Below are positions 34,635 to 46,503 of a DNA stretch of 64,000 bases, piece by piece. The number at the start of each line of letters is the position of its first letter. The first letter of the stretch is position 1. Location of the stretch: the NCBI GenBank assembly GCA_051047955.1, contig JBPGPT010000030.1, forward strand, positions 124,001 through 188,000. The letters are read 5' to 3'. Source of the DNA: Cystobasidiomycetes sp. EMM_F5. Its lineage: Eukaryota. Made by a program: the position numbers and the translations under genes. A model generated the notes under the pieces. It was not told the DNA's origin, did no database searches, and saw nothing but the letters and a program-made list of their open reading frames with translations.

Positions 34635-37600
34635 ATGGCTACAGCTACACTGCCGACGACTGCGACTCCGCCGCCAGCCCTGGGGAATCCAGCGAGATCG
34701 CCGGAAGTCCTAAACTTGCTGGTGCGGCTTACCGGACTTGCGCTATCTCTGGGCATGTACAGCACGGCACTGTTCATAGGCGAGAGATACAGCTGCCTGT
34801 GTCCGACATCCGAAGAAGCCATCTTTCTGCACGCCCTGAGCCATCTTCGGTGCACTCAGGCACGACAAGCTGTTGATTTGCTCAAGAATACGCTCGTAGA
34901 CAGCTCTACGCTGTCTTCGACAATTCATCAGATGCACGCGTCGACTGCTTATGCCCGTCAAAGAGAGAAGCGGCCCGCTTGTGAAGCTAGCGTCCGCTGC
35001 GCTTGGGTGTTTGCTGAAGCTTGCAACCAGCTGGGCAGACCCAATGAGGGTGCACAGTGCTTGAAGCGCACATTCTCAGTCTTTGGAGCCAGTCCCAGTC
35101 AGTGTATGAAATGCTAGGCAGTCACCGAAATATATGCATTACTTACAAACTTGATTGCTGTTCAGATGCGAAGCTGGACGCTTTCGAAAAAGCACTCGCA
35201 CCAATACACTCCAATGTGCATGCAGCAATATCTGTCAATCTATCTCTAGCAAGACTAGCCGTGCAAGCCAATCAACCGGATGTTGCTACCCGACGCTTTG
35301 TAGACGTACTTCGAGCTGCATGGTGGTGCTGGGAAGCTTATGAAGGGCTATGTAATTTAGGTAGGGGTAGCCTATGTCCCTCACGCATCCCACTTGTAGT
35401 CTGATGTCAGGCTTAGGCGCAGCTCCAGACGCCGAACTCACCTTCAATCAGATCCCAATTCCTGCCGTACCGGATCCGCCCAGCGCCAGTTTCGCACCTG
35501 TCGACATCAAGCCAGATCATCTTGCCATATCCCAGAATGACTCTCGGGCATCCCTGCCATCCGCAAAGCCAGCTTATTCTACTCCCATCGTCCGCGACCA
35601 ATCAGTTCTTCCAAACGCCGCAGACCGCCCGCCTAATCCTGAACATTTACGCGGTAAGAAGATGGGCAGAGACATCTACGAAGAGCCAGCATCCATGTTT
35701 CGGTTTAGTGAGGCCGCACAATTGGGAATGGACAGCAATGCGCCAGACATGGAAGATCCGCTCGATATGTCTGCGTTGCCGAATGTCAACTACGGCAATG
35801 ATACAAGCTTGTTTAGACCTACTCAAATCAATGGCGGGGCGCCGCGCAAAGGCAGTGCATCCTTGCTCGGCAATGGCTTCGCAGCCAAAGGCGGTTTGTT
35901 CGGATTCGGTAGCCAGGGCGTGGAGCGTCACGGCATTAGTAGTTATCGTCCTCCTGCTGCTCCACTATTTGGTTCCTCTCTACTGTTCGGAGCTCCGAAA
36001 ACCGCTGCAAATGGGCATGACGCGACACGCCAGCCTGTAGCCTCCACATCCTCTTTCGGCGAAGGCTTCTTTACGCCAGCGCTAGTTCGCTCTACGTCGG
36101 CTAGATCTGCGACGAATGCAGCAGAGAAGACTGAGGCATTGCCTATGTCGCATTCTGTTTCACAGCACCAGCCTGGACGGCCACCACCTGCCATCAAGCG
36201 GAATCATCGCCATATGGATACAGACGAGACGGCACCTTCATTCCATTTTGATCCCAAAATTAGTACAACAGGAGTGAACGGAAACATAATGTCGGAGCGA
36301 TCAGCTTCGGCGGAAAGTATGGAAGAGGAGATTGTTGATGGGGTGCGGCGGCGGAGAGCACGTGGTAATGCTGGCCAAGGTGATAGCAGTATGCACGGGC
36401 AAACACACACTTCAACCTCTCACCGTGCTTCAGCCATTACCGAGGCTATCGGCGCAGGTACAAATAGCACGTCTTCGCAATTTAACGTGTATACGCCAGA
36501 TCCACCAGGAATACATCGGACGGTATCAAATCCACGAGATCGAAAACGTTCCAGAGCGGGACCTTCGCTTCTTGAAGGGTCTGCTGCATCCTCTTCGCAT
36601 TCTTATGAAGACCCCGACCTGCATCAGTCAGCGGATGCGCACGATGAAACGCTTCATACCTCATCTTCGTCACCGCCAGTTGCGATGGCTCGCTTGCCGC
36701 ACCATCTACACGCGCCTGCCCATGCAGCTTCAAGTACGTCAATGAGAGCAGCTCGTACTTCGAGCAGTGGCTTTGCTGCTCTATATCAGACTGCGACAAA
36801 CGGCACGGACTCATCATACAGAATACAGCTGGAAGCTGCGCAGAAGGCTCTTGCGGAGAATTGGCTGCGAGGAATATACTGTACTTTTGCAAAAGCTGCA
36901 TCGAGATTGTCAAAGTACGATACCGCAGGAACTGTTCAAGCCGTCTCGGAGTTGCCCTTGGTGCAGCAGAGATGCGCAAGAGCATCCCTCATGGTCGCCA
37001 GAGCTCGATTTGAGAGCTTGGAATATGACAAGGTGAGCATACGAAGACCAATATGCTAGATACGATATGAAGCTGACACGTTGTATTGATGCAGTCGGAA
37101 GAGGCATTTGCAGCTGCACATGCTTTCTCACCACACAGTTTGGATGACATGGACCTGTACTCGACCTTGTTGTGGCACCTCCACCGCCCTATACAGTTGT
37201 CATATCTAGCACAGGAATTGATGGGCCAATCGACAACATCTCCGCAAGCGTGGATTGCGACGGGCAATGTCTTTTCGCATCTGCAAGACCACGCTAATGC
37301 GCTCAAGTGCTTCAAGCGAGCTACGCAATGCGATTCTGCGTATACGTATGCGCATACACTTGCTGGGCATGAGTGTACGACACTCGAGGAGTGGGATACC
37401 GCTCTCGGATTCTTCAGAGAAGCCATCAAGCGGGGTCCACGGCACTACAATGCGTGGTTTGGGATGGGCAATGTGTACATGCGAACGGGAAAGTATCGGA
37501 TGGCAGAGTTTCACTTTCGTAAAGCCGCGGCAATCAACCCGTCCAATGCCATGCTGGCATGCTGTGTCGGCACAGTACTTGAGCGGCTAGGACAGAGAAA

Positions 37601-38133
37601 AGAAGCGCTCGAGCTGTATGAGAGGGCGTGCCTCTTGGCTCCTGCCAGTCCTGCGGTGAGATTTAAGCGCGTGCGTATGCTCATGGATCTGCGTCAGTAT
37701 GATGTGAGTGTGCTGCCAGAGGAGGCGTGGATCGTAGGCTGACTGATGACGTGCTTGTGTCGGGCAGTCTGCACTGCGGGATCTGCTCATCGTACGGGAA
37801 CTGGCGCCAGACGAATTCAACGTGCACTACCTCCTCGGCAAACTGTATGGACTGCTCGGGGACAAGACGAGCATGACTCGGAGTCTGACATTTGCTCAGG
37901 ATCTCGAACCCCGTGCTTCAGGTCGGATCCGGGAGATCATCGAGCGCTCTGGGCGAGGCGGCAGTAGCGGAGCCAGTGACGAGGAGGAGAATGGACACGA
38001 GGAGCGTGGCGAGGACGAAACTGGGGATTCCGTAATGCATGGGGCTGATCCGGGAGCGGCATCGGAGGGTGAGGATGCCTTAGCCGCGACAGCTTCAGAG
38101 CCGCTGGACGAGGCCATGCCACATCAGCTGTAG
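34635..38133 (+). CDS. CDC27: Anaphase-promoting complex TPR subunit Cdc27/Apc3
   Basis: N-terminal TALFIGER and WEAYEGLC, a long disordered insert, then TPRs MDLYSTLLWHL, SPQAWIATGNVFS, YAHTLAGHE, RHYNAWFGMG. Confidence 0.93.
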
Positions 38134-38539
38134 GATACCCCTATTTTGAGTATAACTCGGAGTCAACGATGTGCGATATGGCGAGCGAGCAATGGTGCGA
38201 TGATGTGGAATTGGCAGGATTGCACCGAGTCGCGCGTAGAGGATTGCAAATTGCTCTGAGGTTGGACTTGAGCAAACTGACTCGAGTTGCGGTATTCATG
38301 ATGGCCGATCTTTAAACTCTCACACGCGTAACATAAACCAAAGTACAAAGCACCTCGACGCTGTCATAAAGCGCCAACACATGCCCGCTTTCTGAGCTCA
38401 GCCTGTGCGCAGTGCCCGCCAAAGTCAATCAGCACGAGCACACTCGGAGTCGGCCATCACTCGCAACCGCACTATCGGAGTACTTGTAATCGATATCGCA
38501 ACCAGTCTACACGGTCACGGCTACTCTGGATGACTAGCC

Positions 38540-38620
38540 ATGCCACACCCCGACAGCCGTAGCCTAGCCCGCTGCCGCAGTGCCCGACTGCTGATAGACG
38601 GTCGTCGCCGCCGCCGCTAA
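38540..38620 (+). promoter_or_regulatory. Candidate uORF (26 aa, ends RRRRR) in the leader of the 38746 gene
   Basis: ATG 38540 reads MPHPDSRSLARCRSARLLIDGRRRRR*. A shorter uORF starts at 38530. Whether they lie within the transcript is unknown. Confidence 0.3.
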
Positions 38621-38745
38621 ACATAAGTTAACCTAATCAAGCACTCGATAAACGCTCGAGAAACGCGCAGGTGAGCACGGTGAATTCAGAAAGTGCGTGT
38701 TATAATCTGATGGAGTCTTACAAGAAAAACGGCGAGCTCGCCAGG

Positions 38746-41331
38746 ATGGCTTCAGCCTGGTTCTTTGGCAGCACGACCCGGAGCGATAACGAGACTGGCA
38801 ATGACGAAGGGAGAGCGGGCACAGCGTCACACAGGCAGGCAAATACTGTAACATCTGCAAACTCGCAGCCAGTCGCTCTATCACTCCCTTCGTCATCTGA
38901 CACGGCTCATGACCGACGTGATAGTCGCCACGCAGATGCCTGTTTGGGAACAGCGACTATACTGCCAGTCGAAGATGAGGATAGCGAAGGCTGGGTCGAA
39001 CACTCGGCAATCCCGCTCCAATCACTTTCTACAACTTCCGACTCCAACTTCTTCTTTCCCGATCCATTGTCAACGGATCTTCGCATCGATAACCCCACTT
39101 TGCACGATCGCCATGTATGGCCCGTCTCGACTGCTCCCAAGACGTCGCTTCAAGACGATCACTTGCGCAGCCTTACCGAACGCAAGCTCGAGAAGGCCGT
39201 CCTCGGTCGCGCCGTCGGTTTGCGTCAGATGGTGCTACTCAGTAACGCTTTCGCATCTCGACTACCTAGTAAATCAGTCTCGCCTAACACTACGAGTCCA
39301 CCAACGCCGGCTACGTCCAATGTGATAGCTTCCGATCGTCTGCGGTACGAGGATCGAGATTTGGAAGTAGACATCGACAGTCTCGAAGACGAAATGGTTC
39401 GCAAGAGGCGCGAGGAGGATTGGCTCGATTCTGTTCTCGACGAAATGCTGACGGACGAATGGGAAGATCGCACAGAAGAGGAAGATTCTGGACAGCAGAT
39501 GCTGTCGAGAGAACCCTATGTCCATCTATCGCTTCGCCAACATCGGGACGTACATGTTCAGCCTACACCAGTAGCACCGCAAGAAACCACCACAACTTCT
39601 GCGCACATTCACCATGCTATAGTAAGCAATCTTGCCGCAGCATTCTCTGAGTCCGTCACGGTACGCGATTCGGGTTTTTTGGAACCCGCTTCTATTCCTC
39701 TGCCCGCTTCGCCGGAGAGATCGCCAGACAGTAGTGCGCACAGCCAGCAGAGTGACGATGACTCCAAGACGACTGTCATGGAAGACACCGAGGGCTTCAA
39801 CAACGATGACGACGATGTCGAGTACTTGACTAGCAGCGGGCTCGCCTTTAACCCGCACAGTAGCCTGTTTGACTTGAACGTCGCCATGCCATCTACGCAC
39901 ATCGACACGTCCACTCGTAGTATTCCACTATCCGGCTCATTTGTAAATCCGCCGACACCAGAGCTGGCATACAGCGTCAATTCCTTCTTCTCCAACCTTT
40001 CCACGTCGCCGAGCGCATCCGTCCAGCTCCTCACACCATCTAGCTCGCCGCCTGTACTTTCCACTCTATTCACGTCAGAAATCAGCGAGCAATATCCTAT
40101 GGCTTCTACGTCGCGACGAGATCTTTTCATCCCTTTCGAGCATGATCTCGCGGGACGTCTATCTTCGTACCATAAAGCTGATTCGAGCAGCAATGACGAT
40201 GAGATCCCAGCAATGGACGACATTTTCCCGCCAGAGTCGACTGATGCGGAGCTCGATGAGCGCGTAGCCTTCATCGCGCCTAATCGTCCTGTGCGGTTGA
40301 GTTCCAGTACGGAAATGATACGCTATCAGCCTCCGATGCAGGAGCGAGTCCGTCTGGAAGAAACATATCGGATACGAAACCTATCATTCACGAGTAATCT
40401 AGTTGCCAGGGATGTTTGGACAAAAGCCCATACACCAGACCATCGCTTGAAACCTGGTGATCCCGTGTCCAGAATGACCGGATCTTCCACTTCATCCGAG
40501 CCGGAATCCTTGATCAGCTATGCTGCTCACGCAGATACAAGCAAGACATGGACGGATCTCAAGCTGCCACTCGTCCTGCCATACGAAGTCGTCAAGTCGC
40601 TGTACGATAATGTCGACTTTGGTGTCCCTCCCGCCAGATCACCGATGCTCTCTCCTATACAGTCGCCAAAGTTGGCTGCAGTCCATCTACCAACATCGGC
40701 TTCCTTTGGCGGCTTGTTGAACCTCGCTTTGTCGTCCGACGCTGCAGCCGCTGGTGGACACGGCGAACCTCCTTCTCCGACGAGATCGTCTAGCTCGTCT
40801 GCTTCGAGTAACGATGCTGGAACGATCGACTCGCGCACGGCTACCAGTCGGCCCAATCTGCCGAGCGTGGCTAGAGTCCGAAGCAAGAGTCTTTCTGGCT
40901 TTAATGAAGTGGCGACTTCAGCAAATAAGGATCATCGTGCACAATCTGCGCGCCGCGGGTTCAACAAGCCTAGTATTGACGAAGATCGGTCTGAACACCT
41001 GCGCGTGGGTGGTAGCTTGCTATTTACTTCTCTCGGCTTGTTGTTTCAGGGCGGCAGCTCGCGCAGCGACCTTACTACCGACAAGCAGACGAGCAACGAC
41101 AGGCCCGACCGGCGATTCCGCTTCGATGCTCATCCATTCGGGAGAGGAATTGTACAGGAATGGGACGGTCGACATTCTGCTTCATCATCTTCGTCATCGT
41201 CGTTTGGTCGCGCAGGGTTCGGTAACTCTGCGTCGGGACATCGGAGCGATAGCCGTAGTCCCAGTCGGCTACGCTTGCATCAGTACCACTCCAGCGACAT
41301 GAATGGCGATTTCGACTTTGGCTCAGCGTGA
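38746..41331 (+). CDS. Uncharacterised 861-aa Ser/Asp-rich disordered protein with a SERTA/Ecm13-like helical motif
   Basis: Intronless 2.6-kb ORF. A probable 5'-UTR intron at 38671-38724 (GTGAGC..CTGAT..AAG) removes ATG 38710. Motif LRSLTERKLEKAVLGRAVGLRQMVLLSNAF. Confidence 0.8.
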   Translation: MASAWFFGSTTRSDNETGNDEGRAGTASHRQANTVTSANSQPVALSLPSSSDTAHDRRDSRHADACLGTATILPVEDEDSEGWVEHSAIPLQSLSTTSDSNFFFPDPLSTDLRIDNPTLHDRHVWPVSTAPKTSLQDDHLRSLTERKLEKAVLGRAVGLRQMVLLSNAFASRLPSKSVSPNTTSPPTPATSNVIASDRLRYEDRDLEVDIDSLEDEMVRKRREEDWLDSVLDEMLTDEWEDRTEEEDSGQQMLSREPYVHLSLRQHRDVHVQPTPVAPQETTTTSAHIHHAIVSNLAAAFSESVTVRDSGFLEPASIPLPASPERSPDSSAHSQQSDDDSKTTVMEDTEGFNNDDDDVEYLTSSGLAFNPHSSLFDLNVAMPSTHIDTSTRSIPLSGSFVNPPTPELAYSVNSFFSNLSTSPSASVQLLTPSSSPPVLSTLFTSEISEQYPMASTSRRDLFIPFEHDLAGRLSSYHKADSSSNDDEIPAMDDIFPPESTDAELDERVAFIAPNRPVRLSSSTEMIRYQPPMQERVRLEETYRIRNLSFTSNLVARDVWTKAHTPDHRLKPGDPVSRMTGSSTSSEPESLISYAAHADTSKTWTDLKLPLVLPYEVVKSLYDNVDFGVPPARSPMLSPIQSPKLAAVHLPTSASFGGLLNLALSSDAAAAGGHGEPPSPTRSSSSSASSNDAGTIDSRTATSRPNLPSVARVRSKSLSGFNEVATSANKDHRAQSARRGFNKPSIDEDRSEHLRVGGSLLFTSLGLLFQGGSSRSDLTTDKQTSNDRPDRRFRFDAHPFGRGIVQEWDGRHSASSSSSSSFGRAGFGNSASGHRSDSRSPSRLRLHQYHSSDMNGDFDFGSA

Positions 41332-41967
41332 TTTTGGCGTATATGTCGACTTTGATCTTACTCTACATGCTCTTTGGCCTTGGCGCTAGTCTCTCTGCTC
41401 AATCTGCACATTGGACTATGATGGCGTTCGTGTACATTTATACCACTCTCACCGCTCTTCGCAACATTGATACTCAAGAATTGAACAATCTGCTCTGGCT
41501 CTGTCTGCACTTATGGGATATCGCTTCATCTCGCTCGTCAACTCCACTCTGTCGTCGTCATCATCAATATGCTCATGCACTATCTGGGTCTTCTGTACGG
41601 TATGTTTCGCGGATTTGTCCTCCCTTTTCGTCTGTGGTTTCTAGGTTTAGATGGGGTAACGGGCTTCCCCGTTCACGGCTGTGCGGTTGTATTTTAGCGT
41701 TACTCTATGTATACGAATGCATCTTTTGCGGGGTTCCACCCGTGTTGTCTGTTGATTTGCTTAGTTGCTGCCCAGCTCCGCCGTTCTCAACCGATAAGCG
41801 TGACTCGTTCAGTGTTTCTGCGTCAACTTAATCAACCAAACCGTCCAAGACTTCAGCTTTCACATACTTCTGCCTTCTCAGACCTGCGCGCGCTGCCCAC
41901 TACCACTGCACCCGCTCCCCATTCTTCACCGCCAAGGCGAGCCCACAAAGTTTTCGTCTAGCCAGAG

Positions 41968-44169
41968 ATGTGCGGAATATTTGCATGTAGAAAAAACTCC
42001 AGCGACAACATCGAGGCGTACAGGACGGTGAGTGGGTGCTTTAGCGATAAGCTCGGAAAGTACGAGCTGACGCGCATTTCGTGCCGTTTTCGAAACTCGC
42101 AGAGAGCCCTGGCCTTGTCGAAACGGCTCAGACATCGAGGTAAAAGTTTGGCAGGTTTGGCCGAGAAGCTACGTGAGTGCTGAGAATTTCTTCACTCGTG
42201 TAGGGCCAGACTGGTCAGGATGTGCCATCGCCAGCAACTCGATTCTGTGCCACGAGCGTCTGGCAATTGTAGGAGTTGGTAAGTTGAATCTTTGTCAAGC
42301 GAGAAGACGCCTCAACTCACTCCTCTGCGACTCCTCCCTGGAATACGGTATACAGATACTGGTGCTCAACCGCTCGTCAGCGATGATGGCAAGCTCTACC
42401 TTGCCGTCAACGGTGAAATCTACAACCACCGCAACCTCCGCAAGACACTAAAACAGCCCGCACAATTCAAGACACACTCGGATTGTGAAGTTATCATGTA
42501 CCTTGTAAGCAGTCTCCTATTATCTGTAGTTGTCGCGAGCGGCTGAACAAAGAATCTACCCATCTAGTACCGAGAGAATGAACCTGAAAAGCTCTGTCAA
42601 TTGCTAGACGGCATGTTCTCCTTCGTCCTTGTAGATACATCAGTCCAACCGCCCCGAATGATTGCGGCTCGCGACCCTATTGGCATCACAACTCTGTACC
42701 AAGGTTGGAAGACGTCTGATCCAACGACAATCTACTTTGCATCCGAGCTCAAGGCGCTGCACGACGAGTGTGATCAGATCATCTCTTTTCCTCCAGGACA
42801 CTTCTACGACTCGTCGACCGGCAAGACGGAGCGCTACTACAAGCCATCATGGTGGAAGGGAGACAGCGGGGACACCAAGGACGTGCCTACGCAAAAGGCA
42901 GATCTCAAACGTATACGGGAAGCTCTCGAAAAGGCAGTAAAGAAACGTCTCATGTCTGAAGTACCATACGGTGTGCTGCTGTCTGGTGGACTCGATTCCT
43001 CCTTGATTGCTGCTATTGCAGCGAGAGAGACAGAAAAGGTCATCTCGGCACAGGCAGCTCAAGAACGCAGCAGGAGCAGATCGAGACCGGCGGGTAAGAC
43101 ACTCCAAAATGGTGACTCGAAAGCGCACGAGAATGGAGACGGGTTGACTGGATACATCGAAAACGACATGGAAGAGAGCAAGTCAGAGTCCATTTTCGTA
43201 CATTTATATCAAGCAGATACTAATACTGTGCATTCGACAGCCGAACAATCGACCTTGACGGCATGGCCTCGATTGCACTCGTTCAGCATCGGCTTACCAA
43301 ACTCGCCCGATCTGATTGCCGCACGGACCGCTGCAGAGTACCTCGGAACGGTACATCATGAATATACGTTTAGCGTACAAGAAGGCTTGGACGCACTTGC
43401 AGATGTCATTTACCACCTTGAGACTTACGATGTTACTACCGTCCGTGCTTCGACACCCATGTACCTTCTTTCTCGCAAAATCAAAGCTATGGGAGTCAAG
43501 ATGGTCCTGTCTGGAGAGGGATCCGACGAGGTCTTCGGAGGCTATCTGTACTTCCACGCTGCGCCGGACGCGCCTTCCTTTCACCAGGAGACCGTCATGC
43601 GAGTCAAGAATCTGCATACCGCCGACTGCTTGCGCGCCAACAAGTCAACGATGGCTTGGGGTCTGGAAGCGCGAGTACCATTCTTGGACAAGGAGTTTCT
43701 GGAAGTGTGCATGAACATCGACCCTACCGAAAAGATGTTTAGCAAAGGTTCGCTGCAAAAGCGCGATGCTGATGGACGACCGCAAATGGAGAAGTATATC
43801 CTGCGGAAGGCATTCGACGTAAGTCCGGAAGGCGAGCGGGCCTATCTGCCCGACTCGATCCTCTGGCGCCAGAAGGAGCAATTTTCAGATGGTGTAGGCT
43901 ATTCATGGATTGACGGCATCAAGGAGTACGCAGAAAGGAGCGTTTCCGACGACAAGCTGGCAGCTGCCGCCACACGCTGGACCCTCGACACACCCGAGAC
44001 GAAAGAAGCCTATCTCATTCGCGAAATGTTTGAGAGCCACTTCCCGACGGATGCCGCCGCACGAACAGCAGTCAGATGGATTCCAAAGAAGGAGTGGGGC
44101 TGCTCGAGCGATCCATCCGGACGTGCTGTTGCAGGCATCCACGAGGCGGCGTATAAACAGGCCGCATAG
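41968..44169 (+). CDS. ASN1: Asparagine synthetase (glutamine-hydrolysing)
   Basis: N-terminal MCGIFA (Ntn Cys), [52 protein letters not shown]. Confidence 0.97.
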
Positions 44170-44337
44170 AAATGTTGTGCCCGCCATACTCGTACACAGA
44201 GAATGCGTATGGACTGTAGAAGGTCAGCAGGGTGTCAGTCGTAGTGCAGAACACGGGACAAGGCGTTCGCTAATAAAAAAAGTTGCCTTGGCCAAAAGGC
44301 GTCTGAATGCCAAACGGACAGTAGAAACAACAGATGT

Positions 44338-46341
44338 CTATTGCCTCTGCCGCTTATTTGGGTCGGCTGACTGTTCGGCAGGCCTCGCTTGGCCTGTTTG
44401 CGCCCCTTGCTGTTGATACTGTTGATATTGCTGCATTTGCGCTAATTGCTCGGGAGTATACTGCTGATACCCGGGATAGCCTTGGTATGCATTTGATTGC
44501 TGATAGGCTTGTGGCTGCGCTTGAGCTTGAGGGTTAGGGGCAGCCGACATTGTGGCGCCCGCGAATGATCCAGGAGCCGTCATAAAAGCAGAGCTTCCGC
44601 TATCCTGCGATCCTGATGGTGCAGGTCTTGGACCAATGTTGGATTCCTTTAGCGTGAGACCCTTTGCGCGATGTAAAGCAGCAATCTGTTCGTCCAGGTT
44701 TGCACCAGATTGGAAACGCTCGGCAGTGGAGATGGCCGAAGCGGTGTGACCGTCCCATACAATCTTCTCTCTTTCCCGTTTGCGTATCCGCTCTTCCTGC
44801 TCCAACTGCTTCCGCCTTTCGTCGTCCTCTTTGCTCTGGGTAAAGATGTCGCCCCGCCTCGTCGCGATTTGACGAAGTGATTGCGCGACGTCTGTACCGA
44901 CGTCGAGCATATTGGCAGCAGTACGCTTGGCATCCGCAACCATACGTTGCTCCTTCCAGCGAGGGTCGAGCAGCTCAATACGCACATGCTCTGCCATCTC
45001 GGACTCTGCAATCTGTTGCCCGCAGATCTGGCATGTTGTCATGGCTACCTTCTTGCCGCGTTGTGACTTTGGCACATAGTCTTTGCGAATCTGTATACAG
45101 ACATCAGCATGTCTTCGGTGAGAGCCACGAAGTACTGTTGAGCGCACCTTGATGTTTCCAGCAGGTCCATTCTGTGCTGCGGCACTTCCAAGGTTGTGAG
45201 CCTGCTCTACGCGCTTCGTTACGACATCGGCCTCGTCATCCGACATTTGCATTTCTGCTTCTTCCGCTTCCTTGCTCACTGAGCCACTCTCTACAGCCGC
45301 ACTCGCCACGTCTTTGCCTTCCATGATCATTGCTGCCATCTTCTTTTGTGCCATGGTCATATTCTCTACTTCAGACCGTGACATCGGAGGGGGCAAGTCT
45401 AGCAGTTCATCCTGATCTGTAAACTCAATAGTAGAAACGACAATGAACTGAGATTAGAGATTGGAAAGGTCAGCTCGTATACGTGTCGACTGCAGTCGAG
45501 TTTGACATACGTCCTGCCAGTCGATTGTCGCCATTGCTACCCTCTCTTCCTCGGCCGCCGTATCTTCTGCTTGTCGCCGTGCGTTATCGTACTTTTGCCA
45601 TTCCACTCGGTTCTCGATGCCGTTGAGTATCTCGCGGCGTGCCAACGCTTGCCGCTTCTCTTCCGTCGTCAAGAGGGCATCATAATTCGCAGTGTGCCCG
45701 CTCTGCGAGTCGAGTTGGGTCAGGGTTTCCTGTGGAGGAATCAGGATGCGCGTGTACTGCTCGACTAGCCGGTTAAAATAGCCAAAGAGGGAGTGGGAGG
45801 GTCGTAGAAAGTCAAACTGATAGTTGCCAGATTCGCGTGTTGCGAGCTCTGAAGTGAAGCCTCTGCCCATGCGAGCGGTGAAGAGGGCGGTGAGCTTGAG
45901 GATGTCCGAGTCGACGGGTGCCATCGGAGGCTTGTCTGTGTCTATGAATTGAAAGGGTCGAGGCTGGGGGACCTTTGGCCGTCCCTCGTCGACCATTTCT
46001 GCAGCTGCCCCAGCGATTGCTCGACTGGCTGTATTTGCAGCATCAGCCGGAGTCCCATCCTTGCCTGGCGCAGCGTCCACTCCGCCGTCCTTGTAGAACT
46101 TTACGCGGTTCAAATAGTAGGCGTTGTAGGCGTCGTCTGCGTTTATAAAGTTGAAGCGGTTATCGGCTGCCTGCCTCGCTCTAATCTTGTCCTCAAACGA
46201 CGACGGGTTGGCGTTCTTTGCGGTGAAGGCGGCAGTCTTGTCGACGATGCTGCGAATGTCGGGGGGAGGGTATATCATTCCGTCGACGTACGACTCTTTG
46301 GTCGAAACGGGGGCATTGTCGACATCGACTGTGACTGCCAT
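44338..46341 (-). CDS. PRP21: Splicing factor SF3a subunit 1 (two SURP domains plus Prp21 domain)
   Basis: IYPPPDIRSIVDKTAAF, ILKLTALFTARMG, NYQFDFLRPSHSLFGYF, IDWQD|F, EHVRIELLDPRWKEQ, IVWDGH. Confidence 0.94.
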
Positions 46342-46503
46342 GGTGAGCAGTCTAGCAGTCCTGTATCGTCCGTAGTCTGTATTGATGGCAGATTGTTAGA
46401 GTCGGCGATGGGGAAGCCAGCAGATGGATATCAAATTATTTACAAAGTCTTTTGAAATTGTAATGGCAGCTTCAATTTGGGTCTGCTCCACGTTTCTGCA
46501 CGG
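46342..46503. promoter_or_regulatory. Compact bidirectional promoter region PRP21/TRP2
   Basis: At most 162 bp lie between the divergent ATGs, with an AT-rich core near 46425-46465. Confidence 0.55.

Noticed and set aside
41328..41961. Hydrophobic 167-aa and 84-aa ORFs after the SERTA-like gene
   Set aside because: T/C-rich sequence typical of a 3'-UTR and the ASN1 promoter; no recognisable motifs.
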